NCBI GenBank assembly: GCA_964016885.1
Contig: OZ024760.1
Span: forward strand, 14,260,001-14,324,000
Direction: 5' to 3'
Origin: Eledone cirrhosa
Lineage: Eukaryota
DNA: 64,000 nucleotides
A program made the position numbers and the translations under genes. Of this stretch, positions 40,331-54,164 are shown piece after piece. A model generated the notes under the pieces. It saw only the letters and a program-made list of their open reading frames with translations, had not been told where the DNA came from and ran no database searches. Every line of letters starts with the position of its first letter. The first letter of the stretch is position 1.

Positions 40331-41138
40331 TATATATTGTATGTATTGCTATTGTGGTATATGTATGGCCACTGCCTTGGTGGTAATGGTGTTGGCGGGG
40401 TGCTGGTAATGGTGGTGGTAATGTAATATTGATGTCACACTTTTCAACTGTTGTGTTTACTCTGGATGATAATATATTAACTTTTCACACCACTGAGTGC
40501 TTTGTGGTTGCCTCTAACAAATCGAATAGTACCTGCTATTTGATGACTTCATTTCAATATTATTATTATTATATATATATATATTTATATATAGTAAATA
40601 TTTGCTCTACAGGTTTTTATATTTATATATATTTTATCATCATCATCATCATTTTACGTCCGCCTTTTCCCTGCTTGCAAGGGTGGGACGGGAACTGATT
40701 CTGGCTTGATTTCTACGGCTGGATGTCCTTCCTAACACCAACCTCATTTACAGTGAGTGCTGGGTGCTTTTTTGCCATGGCACCTCCACGACCACTTTGC
40801 AGTGGAATGATATGGACCCCAGTCCCTATCATCTCATTTCTACAGCTGAGTAAACTGGAGCAATGTGAAATAAAGTGTCTTGCTCAAGAAAACAACACAT
40901 CACCTGGTCTGAGAATTGAACTCACAACCTTTCGATTGCAAGGCCAATGCTCTAACCACTAAGCCATGTGCCATGCTTTATATATATATATATAATTCTT
41001 ATTGAGCTCTCTTTGGATTTTAGTCTTCACATTTATTATTACTATATACATTTGTATTACAACTAAGGAAGTGTGGTAAGGAACCAGGTGGACCATAAGG
41101 CACCAGATTACACGATACTTAGGGTAGTATAGTGGGTA

Positions 41139-41239
41139 ATAGGAAAAAGTATGACCCCGACGGCAGAGCTCAAGCCGTTTCCCAGAAATAGCCGTCGAAA
41201 CGGCTTGAGCTCTGCCGTCGGGGTCATACTTTTTCCTAT
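41139..41239. repeat. Perfect 43-bp-arm inverted repeat containing a hammerhead 3' half
   Basis: GAAA-cggc ttgagctct gccg-TC-ggggtc; family relatives at ~3000-3055(-) and ~18090-18140(-). Confidence 0.85.
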
Positions 41240-41454
41240 ATATGTGTGTGTGTGTGTGTGTTTATGTACAATACTGTATAATCTGTCCAACACACAACTA
41301 TTTTATTTGCTCCAGTAGTTATGACATACCAACTGCACTAAAATACCACTGCCACCACCAACACCATTCAACCCCCAAACATCATGTGACAGGAGGAGGA
41401 GGAGGATGTCTGTGCAGTTAAGGCAGTGGAGGTGAGGTTCATCCAGGACATGTA

Positions 41455-42262
41455 GTGGTGGTGGTGGTGGTGGTAGTAATGGTGGTGACAGTGGTAGTCT
41501 CTATGGGGTTGGTGGTTGTAGTGGTAGTGTTGGTGTTGGTGACTGGTGGTGTGTTGGTGGTTGTGGTGGTAGTGTTGGTGTTGGTGACAGTGGTAGTGGA
41601 GGTGGTGACGGTGGTAGTGGTGGTATTGGTGACAGTGGTGGTGGTAGTGGTGGTGTTGGTGACAGTGGTGGTGGTAGTGTTGGTGTTGGTGACAGTGGTG
41701 GTGGTAGTGTTGGTGACAGTGGTGGTGGTGGTGTTGTTGGTGACAGTGTTGGTTGTTGTGGCGGTAGTGGCAGAGATGTTGGTGACAGTGGTGGTGGTGC
41801 TGGTGTTGGTGACAGTGGTGGTGGTGCTGGTGTTGGTGACAGTGGTGCTGTTGGTGGTGGTATTGGTGACAGTAGTGCTGATGGTGGAGGTGTTGGTGAC
41901 AGTAGTGGTGATGGTGGAGGTGTTGGTGACAGTAGTGGTGTTGGTGGTGGTATTGGTGACAGTAGTGGTGATGGTGGAGGTATTGGTGACAGTAGTGGTG
42001 ATGGTGGAGGTGTTGGTGACAGTAGTGATGGTGGAGGTGTTGGTGACAGTAGTGGTGTTGGTGGTGGTATTGGTGACAGTAGTGGTGATGGTGGAGGTAT
42101 TGGTGACAGTAGTGGTGATGGTGGAGGTGTTGGTGACAGTAGTGGTGTTGGTGGTGGTATTGGTGATGGTGGAGGTATTGGTGACAGTAGTGGTGATGGT
42201 GGAGGTGTTGGTGACAGTAGTGGTGATGGTGGAGGTGTTGGTGACAATGGTGACAATGGTGT
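41455..42262 (+). repeat. GTG-rich ~30-bp minisatellite
   Basis: TTGGTGACAGTAGTGGTGATGGTGGAGGTG units. Confidence 0.9.
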
Positions 42263-42538
42263 TGGGAGGATATGATGTATTTTTAACATTTCATACATTC
42301 TCCACTGATGACACGCAGTTGTCATCTATGGAAAGGCCATAAGGGTACAGGGATGGCTAAGCCTAGGGCCCCTCCAGCCAGCCTGTCAACCAGTTTAGAC
42401 ACACACTCACACACACAATGTAGATCTATTGATATGGCTGGGCTACATGCTAGAAACAGCAACCAAGAACCTCTTTCAAATTCAAGGAAGGAAGGATACA
42501 TTGGATAAAACAGCCTGGGAGAAAAATGTTAGTTTAGT

Positions 42539-43025
42539 TTAACCCTTTAGTATTTAAACCGGCCATGTCTGGCCAGATTTCTCTCACCTCTTTCTATTCA
42601 AACTGGCTGTAACCAACCACTCATACTGATGTTAACGTATTGTTCTCAAAATAAACACTATTAAAATCTCATAGATTCAATACGATGTGAGGTAATTATG
42701 TGAAATAAAGTGTTTACCATGAAAATACAATAGTATATATATATATATATATAGTCGATTGACTTTCGTCAAATCGGACTGAGGAAACAATGCTTTCATT
42801 GGTCTTTCCAATTGCTAATGCTTTCTATTGGTCGAAACTCCAGGTAGAAGAAGCAATGTGAAATAAAGTGTCTTGCTCAAGGACATAACACATCACCTGG
42901 TCCAGGAATCGAACTTACAACCTCAAGATTGTGAATCCAATTCTCTTACCAGTCAGCCACGTGCCTCCACAAGTATAGTATATATATATAGCATATATAG
43001 AGTAATGTAAATGCTAAAGGGTTAA
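42539..43025 (-). mobile_element. MITE B interrupted by SINE D (42753-42972, minus)
   Basis: TTAA termini at both ends; SINE D flanked by TAGTATATATATATA on both sides. Confidence 0.8.
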
Positions 43026-43227
43026 GTCAAATGATGTCTGCAACTTGATTTTCGAATAATGCCATCGCTTGATACTTAAGCATGAGCATCATGTACGTGG
43101 TTTTTTAGTCCTGCTAGGGACTTGCCTATATCCAAGAGATGTCAATATGAATGGACCTGTTATTTTTATCTAAAGACATTTTTTCCAATTCCACCCCGCC
43201 TGTCCCTTCAATCTATCTTATTTCGCA

Positions 43228-43269
43228 GTCTTTCTTCTGATGAAGGACTAGCGTCAGAAACGTTAAGAC
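43228..43269 (+). ncRNA. Candidate minimal hammerhead ribozyme
   Basis: tctt-CTGATGA-a-ggac tagc gtca-GAAA-cg-TT-aaga; stem I tctt/aaga; stem III palindrome ACGT. Confidence 0.6.
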
Positions 43270-43364
43270 CCTCTTCCTGCTATTTCAAGCATTAACCTAA
43301 TATATTCCTTCCATATACTGTACCGATTGTGTTGTTATTTCTGTTTACCTTTTATATATATATA

Positions 43365-43546
43365 TGGATTGGCAGTATCGGTAGAGGGTCGGACACCATG
43401 CTTTGACACAGAGTTACGGCCCTTGCCATTCTGAGTTCAAATCCCTCTGAGGTTAACTTTGCCTTTCATTCTTACGAGGTCCATAAAATAAAGCACCAGT
43501 AATGCACTGGGTGTAATTGATGGCCTTGTGCCCAAAAGTAGAGACA
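43365..43546 (+). mobile_element. SINE family A
   Basis: Full match to family A. Confidence 0.85.
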
Positions 43547-43635
43547 ATATATATATATATGATGTTGCAGATGTGCAACGAAAGAACTTTGATAGACTAT
43601 ATATATATATTTATATTTATATATATATTTATATT

Positions 43636-43666
<31 letters not shown>

Positions 43667-43807
43667 ATATTTTTAACCGTTGGTCAATCAATGATAAACA
43701 TTGATTGTCAAATAAATTAACTATGGAGATATAAAAGATACAGAAGCGAAAACCAACCAAACAGTGAGTGTGTTCTGTTATTTCTGGCAATATTATTACA
43801 ACAAAAA

Positions 43808-43991
43808 GGCGGTGGATTGGCAGTATCGGTAGAGGGTTGGACGCCATGCTTTCTAGCATAGTTACGTCCCTTTACAGTCTGAGTTCAAATCTCGCCGAGG
43901 TTAACTTTGCCTTTCATCCTTACGGGATCGATAAAATAAAGTACCAGTAATGTACTGGGTAATTGCTGGCCTTGTGCCAAAAGTAGAAACA
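43808..43991 (+). mobile_element. SINE family A with 16-bp TSD
   Basis: AATATTATTACAACAA at 43789-43804 and 43992-44007. Confidence 0.9.
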
Positions 43992-45844
43992 AATATTATT
44001 ACAACAATATGACCCTCTCCAAGTTTAACAATACATATATATATATACCCAGGGAGTGTAACTTGGTGTTGCTGTGTATATATAAACTAAAACAAAAATA
44101 TTTAAGGATAAAGGGGTGGGGGAAGAGGGCGGGGACAAGAGTGCAAAGGTCACAGACACAGAAGCAGATCCTAGAGAGTGAGTAGAAGGAGGAGGGTAGG
44201 ATCAAGCTGTCTGAGTGGGAGGTCATGGACACTCACACACACCTACAAGTGTTTATATTGGAACTAATCCCAGGGTCTGGTCTAAGACACCTCCTCTCCC
44301 TTCCTCTATGGTTTGCTGTGTCAACTGGTGGAAAGCAGGTGTATAGATGGTGGAGGAGGGAAGGGAGGGGAGGTAAAGATACGATCCCCCCACCACAACC
44401 CTCTCCAAAATAATAAGAACTGATGATGTGGTGGTGGTGGTGGTGGAGGTGGTGTGGTGGATGTGGAAGTGTTAGTTATATAGGTAGGTATATATATAGC
44501 TAGGGAAGAGCTTCAAAACAACCACCATTGCTACCACCAGTCATCAACACCTCCAACACCATCATATCACCATCACCACTATTCCGACCACCACAATCAT
44601 CAGCACCTCCACCACCACCATCATCATCAACTGCACTACCACTACTACCATCACTGCCTAAAACACCACCACCACCACCACCACCACCATCACTACAATC
44701 ACCTTCATTGCCATAAACACTACCATCACCACCATCATCATCATTAACAGCACTACCACTACTACCATCAGTCACCACCCCATAACCACCCACAATCACC
44801 ACCACCACCAGATTAGCCACATCAAGGAGAATGGCTAGGAAGATGAGGAAGGGAGCACCTGCACCCCACCCAAAATGGTAGGAGAGTTAGCTATATAGCT
44901 TAAGTAAGTGCTTCTTTACCACCGCCGCCGCCACCACCACCACTACCGCTACTACCTTCGCCATCACCACCACCTTCACCATCACCACCACCACCATCGC
45001 CACCACCGCCACTACACCATCGCCACCACCGCCACTACCTTCACCACCACCATCGCCACCGCTGCTACCTTCACCATCACCACCATCGCTAACTTCACCT
45101 TCACCACCACCGCCACCACTCCTACCTTCACCTTCACCATCACCACCATCACCACCACCGTTAACTTCACCATTACCACCACCACCGCCGCCACTGCTAC
45201 CATCACCATCACCACCACAGTAGCTACACAAGGGATGGGAGGGCTATGTATGTATATATATGGAGGAGGGGCGACGAGGGTGAATGTGGGACCGATGGAG
45301 AAGACAGACAAGACAAACAGACAGCCTTGTCAAAACATCCTTTATGAGTGAATTGGTGTGACTCAAGCATCAGGCTTCTGAATTATGACTGGCACTCCAC
45401 TCCACACTTCACTCACAACTCCACTCCACACTGATGGTGGTGGAAACTACAAAATCCTGAACACAAAAGGACACCCCCACCACTACCACACCTAATCCAC
45501 CATTGGACCAAACCCACCTCCTTTATCCCCAATTACACACACACACACACACACATACACATGTATATACATACCTGTGTGTATATGAGTAACATCCATC
45601 CATCCATACGCACATATTTGCATGTTTGTGTATATAGATGTATGTGTATATATATATATATATACACATACATCTATATACACAAACATACAAATATGTA
45701 TTACTGAATTTTTTCATATATATATATATATATATGAAAAATTCAGTATTACCTACTCTACTACCCCAAGTATCGAGTACTCTGGTGAGTAATGGTCTAA
45801 CTGGTTTTTACTGCCTCCATATATATATATATATATATATATAC

Positions 45845-45938
<94 letters not shown>

Positions 45939-46322
45939 AAGAGAGAAAGAGAGAGCACGTCTGACGAGACCACTATTCATGTGAATACTCGATACATGGG
46001 GAGATGTTTGCTGAACACACGAGCCGAAAGCACTTGGCGCCACGGTCAGTGTTTTACATCTCTCTCCTTCTCATTGTCCCCCTTCTATCGGTAGGTTTTT
46101 TCCTTATTTTTTTCTTCTCTTTTCTTTCTCTCCCTCATGGCCTTTTGATAGATAAAAGGCTATGGGCGCGCTACGGAAAGATGTATATTTAATAATCCGC
46201 CGAAACATCCGTGACCCGTAGTTAACTACTGACTAAGGGAGACTGTCCACCTCTTGTTTGTGTCTCTCTACCTTCTAACACCCGTTAACAGTAACCACAC
46301 AGCCCCCCCCCTCTCCTCTCAT

Positions 46323-46377
<55 letters not shown>

Positions 46378-46502
46378 TAGATAAATATACACGGGTGTGT
46401 ATGATTGTGTATAGAAGATTATATTAATAAAAGGAATTCCAACTTTGTCTGATTTACTCGTTTTATTTACAATCCTTTAAAATTTATAATGGTATTAGAA
46501 TG

Positions 46503-46582
<80 letters not shown>

Positions 46583-46695
46583 ATAAATTTGAAGACTAAA
46601 ATCCAAAGAGGGCTCGATAAGGATAAATATATATCAAATATATAAGAACCGTAGAGCAAATATTTAATCTGTTATTTTAATAAATATATATATAC

Positions 46696-46855
<160 letters not shown>

Positions 46856-47134
46856 AAATACGTAGATAGACAGACATAGACAGATAGCTGATTGATAGGA
46901 GGAGGGGGTTGGTGGTGTAGATGCTTTTGTTGGTGCCGGCGAGGATACGGTACATCAAAAAAAGAATTGCATGCTTCTTCTTATGCTCTGAATACCTCAC
47001 CTCGTCTTCCCATCTCTATGGAGGGAGGAGAGAGGATTAACTATCACTCACTAACACTTTCAGTGAGGCGTATCGATGGCGGCGGTGGAGTTATGAGGGA
47101 TTGTGATGGTGGTGACAGTGGTGGGTAGTGGGTA

Positions 47135-47318
47135 ATAATAACTGCTTCTACTTTTGGCACAAGGCCAGCAATTACCCCAGTGCATTACTGGTACTTTATT
47201 TTATCGACCCCCGTAAGGATGACAGGCAAAGTTAACTTCGGCGGGATTTGAACTCAGAATGGCAAGGGCCGTAACTCTGTCTCAAAGCATGGCGTCTGAC
47301 CCTCCACCGATACTGCCA
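47135..47318 (-). mobile_element. SINE family A
   Basis: Reverse complement, full length. Confidence 0.85.
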
Positions 47319-48889
47319 AGGGCATCCAGCCGTAGAAAACCTGCCAGATACAGTCTCCCGACCAATCCCGCATCAAATGGAACAAAACCTTCTAACCCAT
47401 AACAACGTGTCCACAAATATTGGCTAGGTGACACATAAGAAGTAATACATGCTTCAGCTAGGCGCAGACCTCTCTTCCTCCTTCCAGGCTAAACTGTTAA
47501 GTAGAATAAGCATAATGTTTAGGGCATCAAGGGAAAGAAGGGACACCACAGAGTGTGTTTTTTGTTTTGTTTATTTGTCTTTTTATGTGACAGAGAGGGG
47601 GGCATGGGGGGGGGGGGCGTCAAGTACAATAGGGTAGCTGAAAACCCCCCAAACACACAGACATCTACACACAAATACACGTGCACACATTCACAAAGAG
47701 AAAGCGTTGAAAATTTGCATTTTTTTAAAAAACACTGCTGCCCTAATTATAAAGAAAAAATGTGTATATATATATTGCTTCTCATTAAATACATAAATAA
47801 ATAGTTTGTTTTATGTACAGTGGAAGCCGCTTATTAGAATCACAGACGGAGTTTTCGGCCGGTTATTCTTATCAAAATTACTGGATCACAAACTATTTGC
47901 AATATTTGTCCTCGATCGCTAGCAGAGACACTCCCCCCACAACAACCACCTACACCACCGCCACCACTATTATTACCAGAGACTCTCCCCCACAAGACCA
48001 CTATTGTTTACCAAGAGATGTCCCTGACTATCACACCCATCATTGATGCCCCCCCATTGTTACAACAGTCATCGATGCCCCCCCCTCCCCCGAAAATACA
48101 ACCAGTAACGTTTTCCTCCAATACACACCTCCCATCCCTCCTTAACACCATTCACAACCACGACCACCACCACAAACACCTACACTGTTACTACCACCAC
48201 CTACATCACCAACAACAACACCTACCACCGCCGCCCAACTTCAAAAGGAATTCCTTTCATTCATTAATATCAACCCATCAATGTAATCCTATGTAGTGTC
48301 CTCATTTCTACTCCCACCACCACCACTACTGCAAGCACCACAACTGTCACCACCATTACTATCACCACCACTACTGCAACCACTACCACCATCACTAACA
48401 CCACAACTACCACCACCACCACTACTGCAACCACTACCACCACCACCATCACTAACACCACAACTACCACCACAACTACTACCACCGACACCTCTGCTGT
48501 AACCACTACCACCACCACTAATACCACAACTACCAGTCGCCGTTATTGCAACCACTAACACCACACCGTCTAACACCACCACTACAACCGTCACTGTTAT
48601 CACCATCACCACCACTGTCGCCACTAACACCATCGCCCTCCTAACACAGCGTGTTTGGGCACGTTTTCACGTTGGTGGACCTCATTCCTTTCCAGGTCTG
48701 GATGCAGCCAGCATCTTGGAGAGAAGGTGTCTTGTACTCTGTGTCGCTCAACACCACATGAAAACCAGGATAAGCACTGGCCTAATGAACTTCTGGGTTT
48801 GGGGCAGGCTTTAACCCAGCGCTGGACAGGTGTCCTGTCCGAAGAGAATCTTTGTACTCTCAGTCACTTAAAACCACATAAAACCCGGT

Positions 48890-49012
48890 CGATTTGGCAG
48901 AGTCGTTAGAGCGTTGGATGTTTTTTTCGAGGTTTCTGCGTTCTAAGTTCAAATCCGGCCGAGGTATAATTTGCCTTTCATCATTTTGACGTCCACAGAG
49001 AAAGTACTGGCC
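48890..49012 (+). mobile_element. Diverged family-A-like SINE
   Basis: TTGGCAGAGTCGTTAGAGC...GTTCAAATCCGGCCGAGG..TTTGCCTTTCATC. Confidence 0.65.
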
Positions 49013-50574
49013 CGGTGCTACCACAGCCTTCTATCTCTCTTTTCAACAATCTCAGCCTGAATGTTGCTCTGTATCAACAGAGGGAAGGGCTGAGAAAGAT
49101 ATACGTAATATTTGTGGTGTGCTTTGAGCTGGTACACCCTTGGATGTCTCGCTGGATCAAAAGACGGGGGACAGAATCGAGAGGGGTGTTGGTATCTGCT
49201 CGCGTCTGAATGGGCCCCTAAAACCCATAGCGAAAGCATGGTACATGCTACCAAGGCAGTGACGCATGACTGGGAATGTGTGGGAGCTGCAGCTGCACCT
49301 CCAAAAAAATTTGTCAGAAAATTATGAACGTCTGCACCTCGCCAAAATGATAGGGGCAATACACATATGTACAAGTTATACTCGATTGCCAGTGACAGCT
49401 ATAGTAGTTAGTTGGATCAGCAGAATTATTAAACCGCCAGATAAACTGAAAGGCGGTATTTAGTTACGAGTTTTTCTCGTTTCTAGTTCAAAGGTGATAA
49501 AACAAACGTTTTATACAAGAAAAAGTGTATATGTGAGTGTCTGAAAAGAAAAAAAAAAGTCAGCACTCACATACACACATACATATATACACACATAGGG
49601 CCAATTTTACTGTTTAAATAAACAATTTTTATTTGTGTGTGCCTTTGTTAGTATTTTAAACATAACAAAAAAAAATATATATATATATATATTTTCAAAA
49701 TGGCGCTGAAAATTGATGTACTTAACATTAGCGTTCAATTTTGAAATTTTCTGAATATGTCGAAGGAAAGAAAAGCCGAACTGTTTAAACGTTGTTTCAT
49801 AACGAACAGACGGGAATATACATTTATTTATCATTATTACTATTATTATTATTATTATTATTATTTATTTATTTTTCGTAAATATAATACAAATGAGATA
49901 TCTGTTTTAAAATAAAGTGCTTTATTTATTTCAGAAAGTATTTTTTAAAGTGTTTTAATTGTAAGGAATGGTGTGAAGATAATTCTCAGCAAAAATGTTT
50001 TAAAACGTTTGCTTTTATTACTTATCTCTGAAAGTAAACACCCTAGTGATATTCACAAAGATCGTGTATATGTGTGTGTGCCGTAGTAGAAACTTATTGA
50101 TAGAGGGAAATATTTGCAGCTCAGTGAAACAAACAAATGTGTGTGTGAACTTTATCAAACTACCATAAATCTGGCATTCGTGATAGTTTAATAGGATTCA
50201 CACAGGACAACTCTTCTTATAGACTGAGTTTTTCCTCCTTGGGATAGTCTGTAACCTACACTATATATATGAGAATGTCACAGATATGTGTGACGAAAGA
50301 ACTTTGAGAAAGTATATATATATACATATATATTTGCAACTGTTGGTCAATAATAAATATTGATTGCCAGCTAAATTATTTTTAGAAATATAAAAATTTA
50401 CTGAAGCGAAAACCAAACCAAACAGTGAGTGTGTTTTACTATTATTATTTTTTTTTTTTTTTGGCAATATTAAGACAACATGACCCTCCACAACTATATC
50501 AATATCTGTTTCAATCCATGATTTCATATCAAAAACCTTGCAAAATAAATACATTGCCTTTTACGACATACAGG

Positions 50575-50952
50575 ATCTTGGACAGCTTGAACACATGGTC
50601 TCAAATTCTGTCACATGCCAGTCAGTTTCAATACAATCTCAGATCAAGTCACTTGCCAGGCAGCTTCAACACACAAACCTCAGATCAAGACAATAATCAA
50701 ATAGTTTCAATACAATTTTAGATCGAGTCACTTGCCAGGCAGTTTCAACACACCCAATCTCAAACCGAGTCACCTGCCAGACAGTTTCAACACACCCAAT
50801 CTCAGATCAAGTCACCTGGCAGACAGTTTCAACACTTCCAATCTCAGATCAAGTCACCGTCCAGGCAGTTTCAACACACCCAATCTCAGATCAAGTCACC
50901 TGCCAGACAGTTTCAACACAAACACAGTCTCAAATAAAGTCACCTGCCAGGC
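50575..50952 (+). repeat. ~42-bp minisatellite
   Basis: CAGATCAAGTCACCTGCCAGACAGTTTCAACACACCCAATCT, ~8 diverged copies. Confidence 0.88.
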
Positions 50953-52954
50953 AAGTACAAATCCAACATTTGTTCTATTTGGGTGGGAAAAGAGGCGGAG
51001 AAAATTGAAGAAAGGAAATAAAGGGAAGGTAAAAAAATACACACAAAAAAAAACGAACCCCCTGTAGTCATTTCTGAATGAAATGACTTTTGTTGGGGAG
51101 GGGGGTCTTTTATTTTTGTCCACCCCCACCCAGGACTGCTTAGTCAGAAAAAGAAGGGCAGCACCTATGACCGAGACTAGGGAAGAAGAAGGAAAAGAGT
51201 AAGTGAGGAGGGGGTAAGGGTTATCCTTAGACTAGAGAACAAGCTGGAAAATGTTTGCAACAGTGCTCTGCGAAAGACACCCCGAGGACCTAGTGGTGGT
51301 GGTAGGGTGGGTAGTGGTGATGGTGGTGAGGTGGGTAGTGGTGATGGTGGTGGGGTGGGTAGTGGTGATGGTGGTGGGGTGGGTAGTGGTGGTGTATTTT
51401 ACTGGTCGACTGATTAAATAAAGATAGAGAGATAGGGTGAGAAGGAGAGAGAAAACCCCCAGGGAATAGTGGTGGTGGTGGTGTGTTGTAGTGGTGTGTG
51501 TTTAACTGGGAGACTGATTAAGTAAAGAGAGAGAGAGAGATGGACGGACAGCCTGAGACCAGAGAGCAAGCTGGAAATGCTTGCAACAGAGTTTACTTTA
51601 GTAAAGACACCCCAAGGACCCGATGGTGGTGGTGTGTGTTTAACTGAGAGACCGATTATATATATATATATGTATGTGTGTGTATATAGAGAGAGAGAGA
51701 TAAAAGAGGAGGGGGAGGAGATAGGGGGGGGAGATAAGAGAAGAGGGGGAGGGAGGAGGAAGAGAGATGAAGGAGGGGGAGAGAGGTGGAGAGGGGGAAG
51801 GAGGGGGGGGGGTGAGAGGGAGAGGGAGGAGAGAGAGGGGCGAGGAGAGAAAGTGAAAGAGCGAGAGATGCATTTCTCAATTGAGCGATCATTAGCTATT
51901 TTAGAGTTGAATAGAGAGGGGGAGGATGAGGAGATATAAGGAGAACTGGAGGATGGGAGGAGGAGGAGACGATGGTGGTGGAATAGACGATGGTTGTGGA
52001 AGAGACGATGGTGGTGGAGGAGACGGTGGTGGAGGAGACGGTGGTGGTGGAGAGGGAGTGAAGGAGAGGGAGTGAAGGAGAGGGAGAGGAGGAGAAGGAG
52101 GAGAGAAATAGTGAGCATAGCTGGAAGGTGATTAGAGAAAAAAAAGTGCATTGGACTGTATAGTGATAGAGGAAAATAAAGAAATAAAATACAATACAAC
52201 AGATAAATAAATAAAGAAAAGGAATTTCCGATTGAAAGCTAAAATGGAAGCCAAGCAGCCACTCATTCAACAAAAGGGACATATTGTTCCCTCTCCCCAT
52301 ATTTCTTTCTCTATGAAATTCCTGGCACACTGGCACAGTGGCACACTACGATCACATGGCAACATTTATATCCCACTAGCATCACAGCACGCCCAGCATC
52401 ACATCACAACATCACAACACACTACCATCACATCACAACACAACACACTCTACCACTATCAACACAACACACTACCATCACGTCACAACACAACACTCCC
52501 TACCCACACACTATTATCATATCACAACACACCACAACATCGTCAGAACACACCACATCTCATCATCACACCCCCACTACTATGACATCACCACATCATC
52601 ACACCAAACCACATCCCACCACAACTACCATCACATCATCAGAACAGACCACATCATACAACCATCATCACAAAACAAGGCACTATCAAAACACATCGCC
52701 ACACATTGCGTTCATTTGTTACTGTCCCATGTGCACTGGAGCTAGCGATATCTACCTTAAGGCGCCGAAACCACGACGACCTCCAACAGTCAACTGATAA
52801 GAAGGGAGCGTCTTGTGTTTCGTCAGTTTTCCCGTTGTCAACCTTTTTTTATTTTATATACATATATATACAGAGAGAGAGAGAGAGCGGGAGGGAGGGA
52901 GACAGAGACCCGGAGAGACAAGCAGTACCGTCGGTAGGGGTCGAAGCAGTACGT

Positions 52955-53066
52955 CTATAGCAGGGAGGACTAAACCTGTGATGTCCAAGGGGACAAGGGG
53001 AAGTCCTGTACTCTTAGTCGCTTCACGTCATGGAAACCGGGATAATTACCTGCCAAATGAGCCTCT

Positions 53067-53068
<2 letters not shown>
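52955..53068 (+). mobile_element. Remnant of a V-domain-like SINE 3' region
   Basis: AACCTGTGATG-TCCAAGGGG...TACTCTTAGTCGCTTCACGTCATGGAAACCGGGATAA resembles a widespread invertebrate SINE tail (from recall). Confidence 0.45.
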
Positions 53069-53120
<52 letters not shown>

Positions 53121-53189
53121 AATAAATGTAACAAACAAAACACAAGAGGTAATTTTACACAGTTATATTAGGTTCACCGCTTGGAGGAG

Positions 53190-53228
53190 GTTTCAACGTT
53201 TCGGACAGATGTCCTTCTTCGGGAAAGT
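53190..53228 (-). ncRNA. Candidate minimal hammerhead ribozyme (U4C variant)
   Basis: Minus: tttc-CCGAAGA-a-ggac atct gtcc-GAAA-cg-TT-gaaa; perfect stems I and II; downstream CAAGC..AACCTAATATA shared with the 43228 copy. Confidence 0.6.
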
Positions 53229-53584
53229 TCGGATCAGGAGAGAACACACACATGTGTGTGTGTGCGTGTGCGTGTGTGGCCACCCACATTGTGTAGTAGA
53301 ATCAAGATTCTAGGTACGTTTAAATAAAGCAGAAAGTATTATGGTAATGTGAGAGCGGGAAGTGAGAGTGAGAACGTTTAGATGAATGGGCAAATATCTG
53401 AGGGGTGTGGTAGTGTTGGGAGGGGGAAAGGGGCAGAGCGAGATGGGTAGGGAGGGGCGGGAGAGAAAGTAAAGGTAAGAAAAGGGGAGGGAAGGAATGA
53501 GAGGGTGTAAAAAAAGAGAAAAGATTGACAGACGTGAGTTTTTGAAAAGATCCGCGCAAAGACACCCCCTATATATATATATAG

Positions 53585-53635
<51 letters not shown>

Positions 53636-54045
53636 TGCTTATATATAATAATATATATGTACATGTGCCTATATATGTGTGTGTGTGTATATATATATAT
53701 ATAAATATATGTGTGTGTGTGCTTATATATATAAATATATGTGCGTGTGTGTGCCTATATATATATATACACGCACACACATACACGCACACAGAAACAC
53801 ACGGAAACAAGATATGGAGCTACTGCGACAGATGACATGTAAAGACTAAACAACTGAATAGAAGTTTTGAAATGTCATCGTGTTTGTATACATGATTACT
53901 AATGCAGGTGTATGTCTGTATGTGAGTGAAGGGTGGGGGAGTTGTTTGTGTGTATATATATATATATTTATATATATACACACACACACACATATCTTTT
54001 ATTTATCATACGCCATGTATAATCATTTTTTCGTTACCATTAAAA

Positions 54046-54136
54046 GGGGTCTGACGAGCCCTGGATTACAGAGTCGAGCTAGATCGATACAGATCGAACC
54101 ATAAGCTGATCAGTGGCGAAACGCGCGTCACCAACC
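54046..54136 (+). ncRNA. Hammerhead ribozyme, type I minimal, long loop II
   Basis: ggt-CTGACGA-gccctg...cagtggc-GAAA-cgcgc-GTC-acc; intact core, 8-nt palindromic stem III ACGCGCGT, GUC cleavage triplet, AATAAA just downstream. Confidence 0.78.
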
Positions 54137-54164
54137 AATAAACGCAATGAAGGAGTAACCACTG

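Noticed and set aside
41455-42342. Pro/Ser extensin-like or Val-rich ORFs
   Set aside because: 30-bp minisatellite open on both strands; no coding evidence
45957-46010. CTGACGAG...CTCGATAC hammerhead-like motif
   Set aside because: GATA replaces GAAA in both this copy and its inverted partner, and stems I and III are absent
47816-47850. TA-CAGTGGAAGCCGCTTA pogo/Tigger-like TIR
   Set aside because: No matching second TIR found nearby
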